Source: Lepidodermella squamata (lineage: Eukaryota > Animalia > Gastrotricha). Taken from it: 64,000 nucleotides of DNA. This document shows, piece by piece, positions 10,562 through 25,760 of this stretch. The position numbers were made by a program, and so were the translations under genes. Location of the stretch: assembly GCA_047495785.1 (NCBI GenBank), contig JBLDXI010000015.1:1984001-2048000 (forward strand). Direction: 5' to 3'. The stretch's first letter is position 1. The number at the start of each line of letters is the position of its first letter. The notes under the pieces were generated by a model that worked only from the letters and a program-made list of their open reading frames with translations, searched no databases and had not been told where the DNA came from.

Positions 10562-12529
10562 ATGTCGTCGAAATTATTTCTCGGTGGGCTACTGGCTTTC
10601 GTAGCTGCCGTAGCGAGTAAGTTTGATGACTGAAATCCCAATGTAACATCTATCGGTTTCTTTCAGGCGCGGAGGAGTACGATTATTATTCATATGTAAA
10701 CCCATGGGCAGCGCCTGCTGCTGGCTCCGATGACAGTGATAGCTGGTGGGATGTGACAACTCGGGCTCCTAGTCCAAGCTCATGGGGAAACCAGAAAAAC
10801 CCAAGTGACGATTGGGGCCGTGATGACTGGGACAGCTGGAATTCTCCGAGCACTGATAACAACTGGCAGGAGCCAGCTCCAGTTCGGGGAGCTCCTCAAC
10901 AGAACCGCATGCCAGCCCCATCCCCGCAAACGAGCATGCCCTACGGAAGCTGCCGTGCGTCAACTTGCAGCTGTTACACCCAGTGCGGTCCACCGGGCCC
11001 ACCGGGACCTGAGAATCGTGGCCCACCTGGTCTTCAAGGCCCGCAAGGTGATCAAGGTCCCACTGGAGATCGCGGTGAGCCTGGTTGTCAAGGTAATCCA
11101 GGTGCTCCTGGTGGCCCCGGAAGACCAGGTCCAGCTGGAGACGATGGTACGGCGGGCCCATGTGGCCCAGATGGTGTTCCGGGTGAGACTGGTAAGGCTG
11201 GTAAGATGGGACCATCTGGTCCTCAAGGTCCTCCTGGCAATCCGGGTCCGGCTGGTAGACCTGGTAAAAATGGAGTTCCTGGCTGCAATGGAACCATGGG
11301 TCGACCTGGCCCAGCTGGCCCAGATGGCTACCCAGGACCGGCTGGCCCGAAAGGCCCTCGTGGCCCTGATGGCCGCCCCGGTCGCCCTGGTGATGCTGGC
11401 CGCGAAGGCCGCCCTGGAACGCCAGGACGCCCTGGTGGTGATGGACAAGCCCAAGAAGGTCTTCCCGGCCCTACTGGCCCGGTGGGCTCACCTGGCCCCG
11501 ATGGTGCTTGTGGTAAGTAGTTCTTTTGTCAAATAAATTCAATTCTTAATTTTTGTTAATCATAAGGCCGCGATGGTGACGTTGGAAGCCCTGGTCGTCC
11601 TGGAGCCGATGGTCGCAAAGGCCCCCCTGGCCCGAAAGGCCCCAAGGGACGCGCTGGTTCAGTCACAACTCCGGGCTGCTTAACAAACTCAGTTTACGCT
11701 CGCCACTCACAAACGACCGAAGCTCCTCAGTGCCCGAATGGACATATGAAGCTGTGGGACGGCTTCAGCCTTCTGCATACTGAAGACGAGGCTCGCGCTA
11801 ACGTTCAAGACTTGGGTAAGAATGACGCTATTTTATTTTAATGAAAATTGTGAAAACACCGGTTCCATTGATAGGTCGCTCTGGAAGCTGCTTGCGTCAA
11901 TTCGAAGTTATGCCTTTCATGTTCTGCGGATCGAACGGTGTTTGCAACTGGGGTGCCCGTACCGCCACGTCTTACTGGTTGGCAAGTGAAACTCGCCAGC
12001 AGTACATCGGTCTTTACGGTCTGGACGACTCGCGTGAACAGCCACTGACTCGTGAAGATGACATCATTCGCCAAATTTCGCGTTGCTCTGTATGCTTCGC
12101 ATGCGGACCAATCATCACCGTTCATTCGCAGAACGCTAGCGTGCCAAGTTGCCCGGATGAGAAGTGGAATTCCCTCTGGACCGGCTACAGTTTCACTATG
12201 GTAAGCAGTGAATTTCAAGCATACGGCGCAATCTCTCTCATAATAAATTTTTCTAGCACTCCGTTGGTGCTATGGGTGGTGGTCAAATGCTGGACTCGCC
12301 TGGCAGCTGCCTTCCAAGCTTCCGTCACCATCCTTACATTGAGTGCACAGCTACTGGCCAGTGCGCTTACTACTCGGAAAAGACGAGCTACTGGCTCGTT
12401 GCTCGTGATCAGGTTCCTTCGAAAATGCCAGGCGTCGGCGAGTCTACCTTTTCAAAAGCCCGCGATGACGTTATGCGGACGGTGGGTCGTTGCCGCGTGT
12501 GCTCACAAGATATTGGCATTCAAATGTAA
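10562..12529 (+). CDS. short type IV-like collagen chain 1 (signal, Cys motif, ~208-aa Gly-X-Y, NC1)
   Basis: exons 10562-10616, 10667-11512, 11567-11815, 11875-12200, 12257-12529; [19 protein letters not shown]; NC1 motifs [53 protein letters not shown]. Confidence 0.92.
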
Positions 12530-14365
12530 ACGGGAGCTTCAAATTCGCGATTTTATACACAAGATTAGCAAGCATATTCGTTTCAACAATCATTATTTGT
12601 CATTCTTGTTTCATGTTTGTATTACACCGAATCAGCGCTTTTATCTAAAATGGCCAGCAAGAACAGCAGCGTAAAATATCTCTCTCTCTACCTCATCTCC
12701 CGAAATTGTTTGAAACATTAACTCTAGGCATTAGATCGCCTCTTTTACTTCAGCTCATGTGAAAATGAGAGTCGATTCTTGCAGCAATTTTACACCGCAC
12801 ATGTTTCGTTCTGCAAAAGAGAACATGATAATGTAAAAAAAACCTGATGGATTTATTTTAACGATAATAAAACACAACTTTGAATGGATTATTGCGGTGA
12901 AAAGTCTTCCAGTTTTATTTAGTGTCATAACCTCAAGTGGCTTACAAATCATGGAACCCTGAATGTCGCCCTGAACCCTGGTGGAACCATGAATAATCAT
13001 TGAAAACCGAATTACATTGTTTTTGGCCATGTCGTGCGGGGGGTCATTTCGCATTTCGCGCCGAAGTCATCTGAACCATGAACATGAAGAGGAGTAATAC
13101 GCCGCATCCAATCTGGCTACTTAGTTAGCTGTGTTTGGTTAGATCGGGTATGAAGCGTCTATGATAAAAAAAACAGCGCTGGATGTTACTGGCGAAGTGA
13201 AAGTTATAGAGCGAGTGCGCAAAAACGCAAGAACTGGGCTCAGCGGTCAGCTCTCAGCAATTACACAATTTTGAAAAAGAAGCCTTTTCAAAGCTAATAT
13301 ATAAATCATAACATGCATTGTTTTTTGTTTTTCTTTGAAGAATATTTTTTATAAAATATGTTTTCGACCTTGATGTTGACCGGCTCGGCCCGGGGCTCAA
13401 AAATCTTTTGGCAGCTTGTCTGCCAGCTTCAGGACCCCTGCTAGTTACCGGTGATTGGCAATTTTTCCGAAATGCCGGCAACCGGCAAATGATTGATTTC
13501 CATGTTGCTGTTCCATGTTCGCTTTGAGCGTCTTTATTCAGGCATAACTATCGCTTTCCTGCTGTTATAATTCGAATTATCCGCTCCCCAAACGTTCGTG
13601 AATGGAAGTCATCGTACGAGAGACGAGAGAAAGAGTTGCGTTCTTACGTTGTCCGCTTTATGCGCCATGAGAGGCTCACTCTCCCGTGCCTCTGGTTATG
13701 TTTTCGACGTTATGCACCAGAATCTCATTTTTCCATTCCGGGTTGATTTTCGACGAAAGACGGTTGCGCTCGTCAGCTGTGACCTGTGAAGCCGTTTCCA
13801 ATTTCATTGGGTAGAAGTGGGGTTAAGGTTTCAGATTATGGTCATTTGGGGGGTGGGGTGCCCTCTGAGAGTGAGCCAACTGAGAGTTGAGAGTGAGCTC
13901 TCTGGCAGCGACGCCCTCTAAGCGGGCACTTCTACCAACGAGATTGTAGGAAGCCCTGTGACTTAAGTGAACTTTAAAGCATTTAAAGGAAATTGCAAAA
14001 ACTAGACATATAATCACCTTCTGGCTATGAGTTTATCCATTTATGAGGTCTGAAAGCAGAACTGAGTGAGCCGGTGTAGTGCCCTAGCCAACAGCATGGA
14101 ACATGGAAGCCCTATAAGTTTGTTCTTGACACTTGAACTAAGGACTGGAAAAATCTGCCATAGTCTTTGCATGCCTGATGTACAGCTGTATAAACACGAA
14201 GTCTGACTTTTTCCTAAAGTAGAGTGAAGAATACATCTCGCATTGCCTCGTGAATCGTCTTCTTGACAATTTATTCTTAGCCATAGGGGCTCAAAGCAAT
14301 CTTCCTGCTCCTTCACCTTCTCTCTTGATCGAACGGAATATTATCTGTTTCTTAGGCGTTTGAAA

Positions 14366-17300
14366 ATGTCTATTTTATCATTTGTTAATGGATTAGAGCT
14401 CGACGGCAACAACTTCAACGTAAGTATATGGTGTAGAATGGCGTAAACTAGAGTTTCGAAATGATTTCCTTTGTATAGGATGGTTGTCTGGCATCTGACT
14501 CAGTTCAAAATCTGACGTCTCTCCACACACTCAAACTGAATAAAACATGTCTGTCCGAATTCCCTCGGCGCATTTGTGACCTGGGAGGTCTTAACGAGGT
14601 TTATTTATGTCACAATCGCCTCAAGACCGTGCCATCAGACGTCTCCAAGATGCTGGAACTCAGAAACTTCGTATGCCGCGACAACGGAGTGAATGAGCGG
14701 CGAATTTCCCCGCAGCTATTCAACCTGCCAAACCTTACCATTCTAGATCTCAGCCGAAACGAAATATCAGTGCTGCCATCCGAGCTAGATTCGGCTACCA
14801 AATTGATAGTACTCAATCTTTCACATAACGAGATCGAGACAATATCAACTCAGTTGTTCGTTAACCTGACCGAGTTAACTTATTTGGACTTGAGTGATAA
14901 TAAGCTTAGTAAGTTGATTGGCTCAATCTTTTTCTGTTGTGCTAAATTCATTTGATTTAGTTTCACTACCCGCTCAGCTGAGACGTCTTACCAACTTGAA
15001 AGTACTGAAGTTGAGCAATAATCCGCTTGTTCATGCTCAGCTAAGGCAGTTACCAGCTTTAACAAAGCTAGAAGTGTTGCATCTTCGTAACACTGATCGT
15101 AATGCTACAAACTTTCCGACTGGATTGGAAACGCTGACGAAATTGAGAGGTAATATATCTTGAGATTACCACTGGACAGCTTTTGAGTTTTTCGATGTTT
15201 AGAACTGGACATTTCTGCGAATGGTCTGCAACATTTTCCGGATGCTGTGCATTCTCTCTCAGCGCTCGAGATTTTCGATATAAGCGAGAATGAATTAAGC
15301 GAATTACCAATGAATATCGCCGATTCGTTCCCACGCCTTGAGGTGTTAAACTGCTCGAGAAACAAACTATCGTGCTTACCACCCTCATTTACTCGATTAA
15401 CTCGCCTACGAAGGCTTTTCGTTAACTCGAACCAGCTCACTTTCGACGGACTGCCGGCGGGCATCGGCAAGTTGAGTGAACTGGAAGTTTTCAACGCGGC
15501 TGATAACCAGCTTAAAGCAATACCCGAAAGTTTATGCCGCTGCCCGAATTTGCGGCGAATTGTTCTTAATTCGAACCAACTTGTCACGTTACCAGCTGCG
15601 ATTCATCTAATGGAGCTTGACAAGCTGGAAACGGAAGATAACCCAGATTTGGTCATGCCGAAACGGCCGCCTGACGCGACAATAGGCAGTGGCATCGAGT
15701 ACTACAACATCGATTTTAGCCTGAAGGCGCAACTGAAAGCTGCGATGAATTTACCGGCGCAAAATAGTCCGGATTCTAAGTCGGACTCGAAATCTCGGAA
15801 GTTGCGATTAATGCGGCAGTTGAGGCTAACCGGGTTGGCAGGGGGTCGAACTGCTGATACGGAAACTGAGTCGGGAGAGAAAGTTCTCAGGGCGATGAGG
15901 CGAGTTACTGAGGATAAGCAAAAACCGAACAAAATTGACGATGAAGACGAAAATTCGCTGAATCTATCGCACCAACAACAAAGCAAACAACGGTGGGATG
16001 AACGGCTGGAGAAACCGAATATTAATTACGAAAAGGCGAAATTATTCTCGCCGGACGTTGGCCAGGAAGAGGGGTTGGAGGTTTTTGAAATCGCTGATTT
16101 TCAGCCTGTGCCTGTGGATCCGATGGTGTTTGGGACTTTCTACACAGAAGATTGTTACGTTGTTTTATCGACATCTCGCAGTGAACAGTCGCAATTATCA
16201 TGGCGGATCTGGTACTGGTTAGGCCGGGAAACGACCCTGGATAAACAAGCCTCAGCTGCGATTCACGCTGTTAATCTGCGAAACATGCTAGGCGCGAGTT
16301 GTCGAACAATTCGTGTTGAAATGTTGGAAGAACCGGATGAATTCAAGGAGTTATTCCTCGAATATGGCGGTGTTGCCCTGTTACAGGGTGCTAATCACCC
16401 GTCCGGGTTTTACACGGTCGTCGAGGCGAAGCATGAGACAAAAACGTACCGAGTGCCTGATGCGGTTAACTTGCGCCTCGAGCTTGTTGAAAACAACGCC
16501 TTATCCTTCGACCCGCGATTCTGCTTCATCGTCGACGCTGGTCTAACAATCTGGGTGTGGCATGGAGCGCAGTCTAACGTCGTGTTGCGGTCGAAAGCTC
16601 GTCTTCTAGCGGAGAAAATCTGTAAAATTGAGCGGAAAGGCCAGGCGCAAGTTCTTCAGGTCGTGCAAGGCCGCGAGCCTGATGAGCTTTGCGAGATAGT
16701 CATGCCTGGTTCGAGCCGTGATAGCGTCTCTGAACACCTGGTTGAAGACCACGGAACGCCTCGTTTATACTCGATATCTGTCGGCAGGTCTCGAATTGAA
16801 ATCACCCAAATACAGGCGATGCGGCCTAACACGCAGTTGTTATCTCGAGCCGCCTTAAATTCGAAATCTGTCATGATCCTCGATTGTTATTCCGAGGTGT
16901 TTGTATGGCTGGGTAAGAAATCGAGGCGGCTGTTTCAAACTGTTGCTGTTCGTTTAGCTCGTGAGATGAGTCAACTGATTGATCGGCCTGGGTATTCTGC
17001 GATTACGATTTGCACCCAGGGCACGGAGCCGTTGGCGTTCCGGTTGAGATTTGCCGGCTGGGACGACGTGATGCCGGTTGATTTCAGGCGAACGGCGCAG
17101 TCGATTGCGAAACGTGGAGCGGATATGGACGAAATTATGCGGCGAGACCAGATCAAGGTAATTCCACAGCTACTCTTTTTAAAGGGTCTTACTTTGAGCG
17201 GAACCAAATTTTGTAATTTTCAATGGGCCTGAAACCACTTTTCGAAGCTTTCAAGGATGTCGTGATTGATCGGCATAATTTAAAATAAATTATCCTTAAA

Positions 17301-19706
17301 TTCAGCGTAAAATTCTGTATAAGACGCATTCTTCACAATAGAATTCATACATTGCATTATTGTCGTAGATATTCGAAAAGCGAGCTTTTGCTTATCTAAA
17401 ATTAGTTTCAGCAACAGACAATTTGGTTTCGCTAAAAGATATTCTGTTTTTTAAATCTTGCAAATTGTTGGAGACAAGTTACTAATTTTTCCGAATTTAA
17501 CCAATGAAGAGCATTTCCTATACCTTGTTAACGGTTTCATCGAAAAATGTAGAATTTACGGAAGAAAACCCGGCAAAAAATCCGATGGTAACTGGTAACC
17601 TTTAATTATCACTATTTTGCCCGATTAGATCGAATTTCTCCACATTATTTTGTCCCTGTTGACAAGTTTCATATTTGATTGCCATTTTCATGAAATTTCT
17701 GAATTTTTTGGCTATGGGTCAATACATATAAAATTCGATTAATATAAAGAAAGTACTACACTAATAATAGAAAATGTTCTTGCTACGTACCGTACGTAAA
17801 GATGAGATATCTTTATTATTTTGAACTTTTTGATCCCATTCCCATATATTTCGATGCGTTACATTATTGTACATTTTTTTAAGCTGATATGGTCCTTTTC
17901 ATATTATTTTTCAGAGTTGTCATTTTTCATATTTTTCTCAATTATAATTTGAATTAAAAATTACCACTCTGCTGGCAGAAAATATTCGATGATTTGAAAT
18001 TTAAAATGGAAGAAATGAAACTAAAATATTCAAACCCAGGAAAAAATTGTTATGTTCGGGTTTCCAATATAAAACAATGCAACAGTTTTCAAGACATGAA
18101 AACATATTTTTGATAATTGATGATTTGAGAAAATATAAATTCTTGAGAATTATGAGCCCGGCCGAAGGCTGTAAAGGCTATCTTTGAAAAATAAAATAGG
18201 CGCCGTCCGAAATTTTAAGGTGGATTTATTTCGAGGGCGAATTTCTTAAGTTTTTACGATTTTTGCAATTTATCGAATTTTACGATTTATTATCAATTTT
18301 TGTTATAAATTTTCTGTTTTTTTCAGATCAATCTTGCCGCTCTGTTTGCGCCTCGTCAACCAATTATCGACCTCGAGCAATGCGAAGATATCGTTGCTGA
18401 AGTGCGTAACAACCTCGATTGGATGAAGTGTTTCGTCCTGGACGGCAAAAAATTCGTCCCACTGCCCGATAAAGAACGCGGGCACTTCTTCTCCGGCTGT
18501 TGTTACGTATTCCTGTGCCGGTTCTGGGAGACCAGTGACAGTGAACTGAGCGACGAAGTCGAGTCAAAACGAAGCAGCGATGAAAACAAATCAAACACAG
18601 CGAACTCATCATCGAACGATACGTTGAATAAAGAACACCGAAGCTCCACCTCAAAATCGCCGACGCCGTTCGATTTGAACGACGGCAGCTCGCGGGGCGA
18701 CAACAACACGGACGAATCGGCATCGCAGGACGGAAGCGGCCGGTTCCGGTGTAAAGTCTTCTTCTGGCAGGGCCGTGATGCGTCGAAGTTAGGCTGGCTC
18801 ACGTTTCATTTCAGCATGCAGAAAAAATTCGAGGACGCTTTCGGCGATCTGCTCGACATTGAACGCATCAGCCAGCAACAGGAAACGTACGAATTTCTCG
18901 CCCTGTTCCACCCGATGTTTGTTATTCACAACGGAAATCGACCTTCTCGGGGCGATGGCGTCCAGGAACATGCGTTAACCCCGGATTTGTCGTTCTATGA
19001 AATCAGATCAAACGGCTGCCCTCTCACGACGCGTTGTATCGAGTTGGAAAAGGTTGAAACTCGGTTGTTATGCTCAAATTTTTGTTACATTCTAAAGGTG
19101 CCCTTCTGGAGTTCGGCCCGCCAAAGCCCGGAGAAGGTTGTCGAGGAAAAGTCGGAAATTCGAGAACGCGGCGCTGAGGGCATCGCCTACGTCTGGGTCG
19201 GCAGTTTATCGACGCAAAATGACGTGAGAATCACCGAGTTAATCGCGAGAAATATCTTCAAATCCGATTCGTTCGCCGTTCAAGTTGTCGAGGAAGGCAA
19301 TGAACCGGAAAATTTCTTCTGGCTCGCGTTGAACGGCCGACCGCCGGCAGGGTTTTTCCCGAGAAAGGCCGAATTTTTGCATCGTTCACGGCTATTTCGC
19401 TGCTCCAACGAAACTGGCGAGTTTGTCGTGTCCGAGAAATGCATCGATTTTTGCCAGGACGATTTGTCAGATAACGATGTGATGATTGTTGATACAGGCG
19501 ATACTGTCTATTTGTGGATTGGTGCTCGATCGAGTGTTATCGAGGTGAAATTTGCGTTCAAATCGGCGCAGATTTATATTCAGTACTTGAAGTGTAAACA
19601 CCCTGAGGATCCGGTGCGGCGGCTGGCGCTAACCGGCCGCGGCAAGGAACCGCAGGACTTTTGCAAGTGCTTCCACGCCTGGTCACACCACAAACCAGTC
19701 TTCTAA
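14366..19706 (+). CDS. FLII: flightless-I homolog (LRR + gelsolin repeats)
   Basis: N-terminal LRRs, [53 protein letters not shown]; exons 14366-14419, 14479-14908, 14961-15149, 15203-17157, 18327-19706. Confidence 0.96.
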
Positions 19707-22230
19707 AATTCAATATTCCTAAAATAAAAATGGCTATTTTCGAGCTGAAAATTGAATTTTCTACTCGAAATTGTGGTTATACTCCTAAAAATGGAACAAA
19801 AAATAAAATATTCCGCTTATTGTTGAGATCTTGAACCGCTTCAAAATTTTCATTACGAAAATGCCTTGTAGTTGCTGAAAAAGTCGTCGGAAAACATTCA
19901 TGAAATCAAATGGCTAGTCTTTTCTTCAATTTATATTCTATAACAACCTGTTGAATGTAATTGCTCTCGTCGCTTCTTATGATAATATGCTCAGTTATAA
20001 CGCTTTCGTGGGACGGACTAGAATTATTGTAAAATAATCAACCCTGCATGCGCCGGTTTTTCTGAGAAGATTTCTCATTAAAAAATTGTTGCTTCCGAAT
20101 GAAAAATGAGTGCTGCGTTATATCAAGTGGGCTACCTGAAATTAATGGGCTCTTTCCGCTTTTTTCGCCTCTTAATTAAATGGAACGAATATTTATGAAC
20201 GAAATGAAATCTATCCATGTGATCGCTTGTTATAAAAACTTATATAATATTATTGTTATTATTATTATTGTAAGCGTCCGTGTACTATAGCTGTCATTTT
20301 TTGCCTTCCATTTTTTTCTCTCGTCCTCTCCGGTTTTTTTCACCACCTGTTTTTCGTCTTCTCTGCGCGCACCTCGTTACAATACGGACCAAGTCTCGAC
20401 TTTTCCTTTCTTTATGCTGTTGATTTGTAATTTTAATTGCGAAAAATACATTATTCGGAAAAATGCTAAGCAATAATTAGCATAAACTATATTATAATTC
20501 TTATTATTTAAACCGTGAAAAAATATTGAAAAAAAACATGCCAAAGCCGCCTTGCGAGAAAATAAAGATAAAAATGTTCTCCTAATTCGTTTTTAAATGT
20601 GGTTGTTTGAAACGATTATTCCAGACACTTCAGGTGTATTGCAAGTGGTAACGTTTTTCGTCAAGTAAAAATACGTTTTTCCTCGAAAATTTCCGGCAGG
20701 CTGATTTTCCTGCAAATTTTGCGGAGTCTATTTTTAAACAATTTCAGGCAATTTTAGAAACGAGTTTGCCCAACTGTGGACAATTAGCGCTGACTTGCAC
20801 ATGCATGACGAGTTTCAAAATTTGCCCTTGAAAATAAGGGTGGAATTTTGAAGAAAATTAAAACAGATGGAGCGTCATTTTTTAATATTTTACAGTACCC
20901 GATTTTTCACCGGATTTTCAAGTAGACGCCCTGCTAAAACACATCGTCGTAATTGTAGTTTCTCTCGAAATGCAGATAGCAGATAGCAGAGGTGAGATTT
21001 ACATATTATATAGCCTATATAGTATATCGTAGCCTAATTAGCATTTTAATCAGATTGCCTATCCAATTAGTTCAATATGCAGAAGTCTTAATAAAACTAG
21101 CTTCTCAGCAATCGCAGAAAACAAAGCCATTTTTTAGGCAGAAGTGATTCGATTGCTATAGCTGGAAACACGGTAAAAGAAACGTTTTTGGGCTTTTCGC
21201 GCGACAAAAATTTAATTCTGTTTGTTTTTACCATCGCAATTTTGATAACATTTGGAAACTAATTTTAGCCAGCCTTTCCTCCTTCAGGATTGGCTCCTCA
21301 AAACGTTGAATTTATTGTGATTTTCGCCATTTAAACATGCTTCTCCATCATCGTTTAAACTTTTATAGCATATTAAAAAGGGTTTAATTATTGGGAATCT
21401 GACTGAATTGCGTGATCGATTACGATCATCACTCGCATGCCAATTTTCATTAGAAAATATGTCATCATTTCAGAGTTATAAGGGGGCAGAGAGACATTCA
21501 AAGTTAAAATTTTCTGCAACATCGATTTGCGCACCAATTACCTTGAGTTTGATGTCGATCGAAATTTGATGAGACAGAGAATTCTATGAAAAAAATATAC
21601 CCATGTTTCTAACGTCCTTCCTTCCCCGGACACTTAATAACCTTCAAATCCCAGAGTGTCCAAGGCTACCTTATCTACAATTACCTCGCGTTCCGCTACT
21701 CAACTTGACAGAGTTGGAAACAGGCGTGAATAACCTCAATTTTTATTTACGCTTTCTTATCCCGACTGAATCACACCTGGGTAGCAGTGGAGCGTGACGC
21801 TAATAATAGACGCGCCTCGCGGTAAATACATCGAATTGACGCATTAGAGGAATCCCGATGTTGACGAACCTGATTAGCCAGACACTAAGTCCAGGGCCTA
21901 ACTACGCGAGTGACAGGGGCGGGACACACTATTTTTTTAATCGTTCCAGCTTATGTATCAGTCGTGCTCATGCGCAAATCGAAGGATCTTGTTTTCCGAG
22001 ACGCGCTCGATTTGTATTGGATTAATTTTCCAGCACGTAGAAATAAATCCTTACTCTAGCAGCTGTGCGTAAAAAACAAGGGTGAATCACGCAATATTCG
22101 TAAAAAGCCTCTTAATATCGCTGAGTAGTATTTAAGAAATTCTTCCCTCCGCTATCACTCGAATTTCGAAAAACAACAGCCTGAAAATACCTTTTTACGG
22201 ACATAAATAGCCCTCAGATTTATATTATAT

Positions 22231-22835
22231 ATGGATCAAAATACTTTAAATTCTTCGAAGCGTGAGAGGAGTCGCCTTAGCAATAACCACAGACCAAATA
22301 TGACGGCTGTGGTCGTAGTGGCGAGTCCGAGAACATCTAGGCGAAACGAAGATCGGTCATCATTGCCCCTTTCTAACACAGCAACATCTTCACCTTGGTC
22401 AGTGAGGCGAACGATGAGCGAGCCACCTCGACAACTTTGGACTCAACAGAAGCAAGGCCAATCGACTACAAATCAAAGGCCAAAGCTGAAGCGCTATAAG
22501 AAGAAGGCAGCGGTAAACTTCAAAGGCGACTCCATGGAGACGATTATGGAGGAAATTAGTTCCGTTAGTCCACTGAAATTTTAAAAAACTTCAAATTTTC
22601 GAAATTTCAAATTTTTCATGAATTTCAAAAATATTTATTTTATTTTCAGGATGATGAAGCAATCAATGGCTGCCCTAGCAGGAGCCTGTCCAAGCAATCG
22701 TCGCAACAGTCAGACGATAGTGGCGTCCCTCGATTTCGACTACCTGTTAGCGACGCTTGCCTAGGCCACCCTGAACTTTACAAGGTGCAGACAGTGATAC
22801 ACGGTCACGGATTGCTGCGCGTTTTCGCACCTTAA
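22231..22835 (+). CDS. hypothetical Ser/Arg-rich protein, two exons
   Basis: ORF 22231-22563 with gttagt donor, AT-rich intron, ttttcag acceptor, in-frame exon 22650-22835 ending ...HGHGLLRVFAP*; no family recognised. Confidence 0.55.
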
Positions 22836-23220
22836 AACTGCAATATTATAACAAAATCGATAGAGCTGATCAACGCGTAATTTTAATACGTCGTGTGATA
22901 ATTTTATTATTGAGACGATGAACGAAAAAACACAACACAACATCATGACGACGCAGACATTCACTTTCTCCACACTCTAATAATCGAATAATTGAAATAA
23001 TTTTTGCTGAAATTTCAAGAGGTGTTTTTTTACCATATATATATATATAACGAATAAAATTTGAGAAAAAATTGCTTGAGAAGTCGTTTCTTTTTGTATA
23101 AAAATAAGGTGAGACAGGCGGCTATTGTTTCTTCCCGATCTTTTTTTTTAAAGGCAATGTGATTTTTGTAGCCTAATCAAAATTGCTGCATTCTTCGATG
23201 ATTTTTTTGACGACTTTTCT

Positions 23221-25269
23221 TTATCGACGACGGCTGGTCATTTCCAACGAGCAGACGCGGCATCGGCCGACGGTCGAGATGGCTTCCTCACGCTTTTTCA
23301 CAACGCTGACGCGGTTCGGGTCGATGGTGTTGGTCGGCATCTGGTCGAGCCCAGCCAACCAGTAGGTCATCTTCTCGGAATAGTAAGCGCACTGCCCGGT
23401 TGATGTGCACTCAATGTAGGGGTGGTGACGGAAGTCTTCCATGCAGCTGCCGGGCGATTCGAGCGGCTGACCGCCACCCATCGGACCAACGGAGTGCTAA
23501 ATTTAAAAAATTTAATGTTTTAATTTTTTGAAATTTTTGAAATTTTTTAAAAATTTCAACGTAAAATTTTGAAATTTAAAAAATTTAAAATTTAAAATTT
23601 AGTTCAGAACTCAAGTTTCATTCTTGAAATTCTTGAAAATTCTATTTCTGAAATTTTAGATATTTTTTGAAATTTTTTGAAATTATTGAAAAATTCGATC
23701 AAAAGTCTTTGTAATTTTTTTATGAAGTAATTTGACAGAATCTGAAAATAAATCACCATGGCCAAGCTGTAGCCGGTCCAGAGAGAAGTCCAGGCCGGGG
23801 ATGGGCACTCCGGAACTGAGGTGTTTTGAGAGTGGACGGCCATAACAGGGCCGCATGAAACGCAGACTGAGCAGCGCGAGATCTGGCGCTTGATGTCTCC
23901 AATGTCGTTCAACGGGCGTTCACGCGAGTCGTCGAGGCCGAACAGGCTGATGTACTGCTGACGTTCGTTCGACGCCAACCAGTAGGACCGGGCTGTGCGG
24001 GCACCCCACGTGCACACTTCGTTCGATCCGCAGAACATGAACGGCATCGGCTCGAACTCCTTCATGCAGCTGCTGGCGCGGCCGAGATCTTGAACGAATG
24101 AGCGCGATTCGTCCTCGGTGTGCAGTAAACTCCAGCCGCTCCACATGTTCTTGTGTGATGGGCGGGCGCAGGGTGGCACATCGGTCGACTGAGAGTGACG
24201 GGCGTAGATGAAGTTGGCGACGCAAGTTTCTTGCTTGTAGCACGAAGCTTCTCCGGCGTCACCACGGGGTCCTGCGTCACCACGAGGGCCAGGGCGACCG
24301 TCGGGGCCTGGGTACCCAGGAGCACCCGGGCGACCATCAGGGCCCGGTTGACCTGGCTGACCTGGCTGACCTTTCTGACCTTTGACACCAGGACGGCCAC
24401 GAGCGTCGGAGCCACTTGGGCCAGCAGGGCCTGGGCGACCAGGGCGGCCGGGTTGACCGGGAGAACCGGGAGCACCGGGGCCACCCTTATCACCCTTAGC
24501 ACCCATGGGGCCGGGAGAACCATCGCGACCATTCGGGCCTTTCGGGCCGCAGGGGCCATCGCAGCCAGGCTGGCCATCAACGCCGTTCATGCCTTTTGGG
24601 CCCTGTTGACCCTGAGGGCCCATAGGCCCCATGGGACCCATGCGACCAGGGGCACCCGGCTTGCCGACTGGGCCAGGGTTGCCAGGGGATCCAGGTGGGC
24701 CGCGACGTCCCTTAGGGCCACGAGGTCCGTCTGGACCAGGCGCTCCCGGATCACCGGCCTCACCAGGGGTGCCCGGGTCACCTGGGTTACCACGCTCACC
24801 CTTCGGGCCGGACTGACCCGGTGGGCCAGGAATAGACCGGCCCATGGGACCAGGCGGACCCGCAACATCCGAGCACCCACACGCCTTATTGCAAGTTCCC
24901 TGTTGCTGCGGGGTGTCGCAGTTCGGGTCGCTCGGGTTCTGGCGATTCTGCTTCCACCGCTTTGGCGCCAACTTGCCAGCACTGGAACCATCAGCGCTCG
25001 CCTCGACTTCCGTTGCCTCCCCCGCCTTTTCGGTCGCCGGCAGCTCTTCAGTCAACGGCTCGGGCTCGGCCAGTTTTTCGGCCTCAGCCGGCATCTCCTC
25101 CATCATGGCGTCGGCATTCTCCTTCGGCACGGCGTAGACACCCATCGCCATGGCATCTAAATTAATAATTAAAATTATTTAAATAAAAATAAAAATAATG
25201 AAATGGCTTACCCTGAAAGACAACGGCGGTGCCTAAGACAACAAGGAGATAGCTCCAATATTGTCTCAT
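23221..25269 (-). CDS. short type IV-like collagen chain 2 (~205-aa Gly-X-Y, NC1)
   Basis: signal exon [19 protein letters not shown] (25212-25269), main exon ~23758-25156, last exon 23221-23496; full two-lobed NC1. Confidence 0.93.
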
Positions 25270-25760
25270 GCTTCTTAATAAACACCTAAAAAGAGCACAG
25301 AACATTCAAGTCACAATGCGTTATTTTCTCAGGTTTTGAAGTGGAGAAGTTTTAATTGGGCAACAGTTTTTACAACCAACAAACATTGATATTACAAAAA
25401 AATGACAACAGCAACAAAGTCGTGTGATGGTAAGTGTGCAAAATTTTGTCGATTTTCATTCACTCTCTCACATTTTCCATTCACTCACTTTCATATATAT
25501 ATAATAATAATAATAACGATAATATAACATTCAGACGTATAATTTTATCGAAAAATATCATCATCGATCCTGTTTCGGCCAGGTAAAACAAAATAATTTC
25601 TTTTCTGAGATTATTTTTCAGCTAGCTTTCTTTTAAAGCAAAAATTAACTTGAGTTTTTTTGTACGTTTCGTTTCGATTAGTATTGTGCGAAGTAGTTGC
25701 GAGATTGGCATTGCGATTCTACAAATTTTCTGACGCGTATCTTTCAGCTCCAAACTTGGT

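Noticed and set aside
13800-14020. Structured ncRNA (telomerase RNA or H/ACA) suggested by the ggtagaagtg/cacttctacc inverted repeat
   Set aside because: No telomeric template or convincing H box found; an Infernal/Rfam search would be needed
24195-25160. Long antisense/alternate-frame ORFs over the collagen genes
   Set aside because: GC-rich Gly-X-Y codon pattern suppresses stops in other frames
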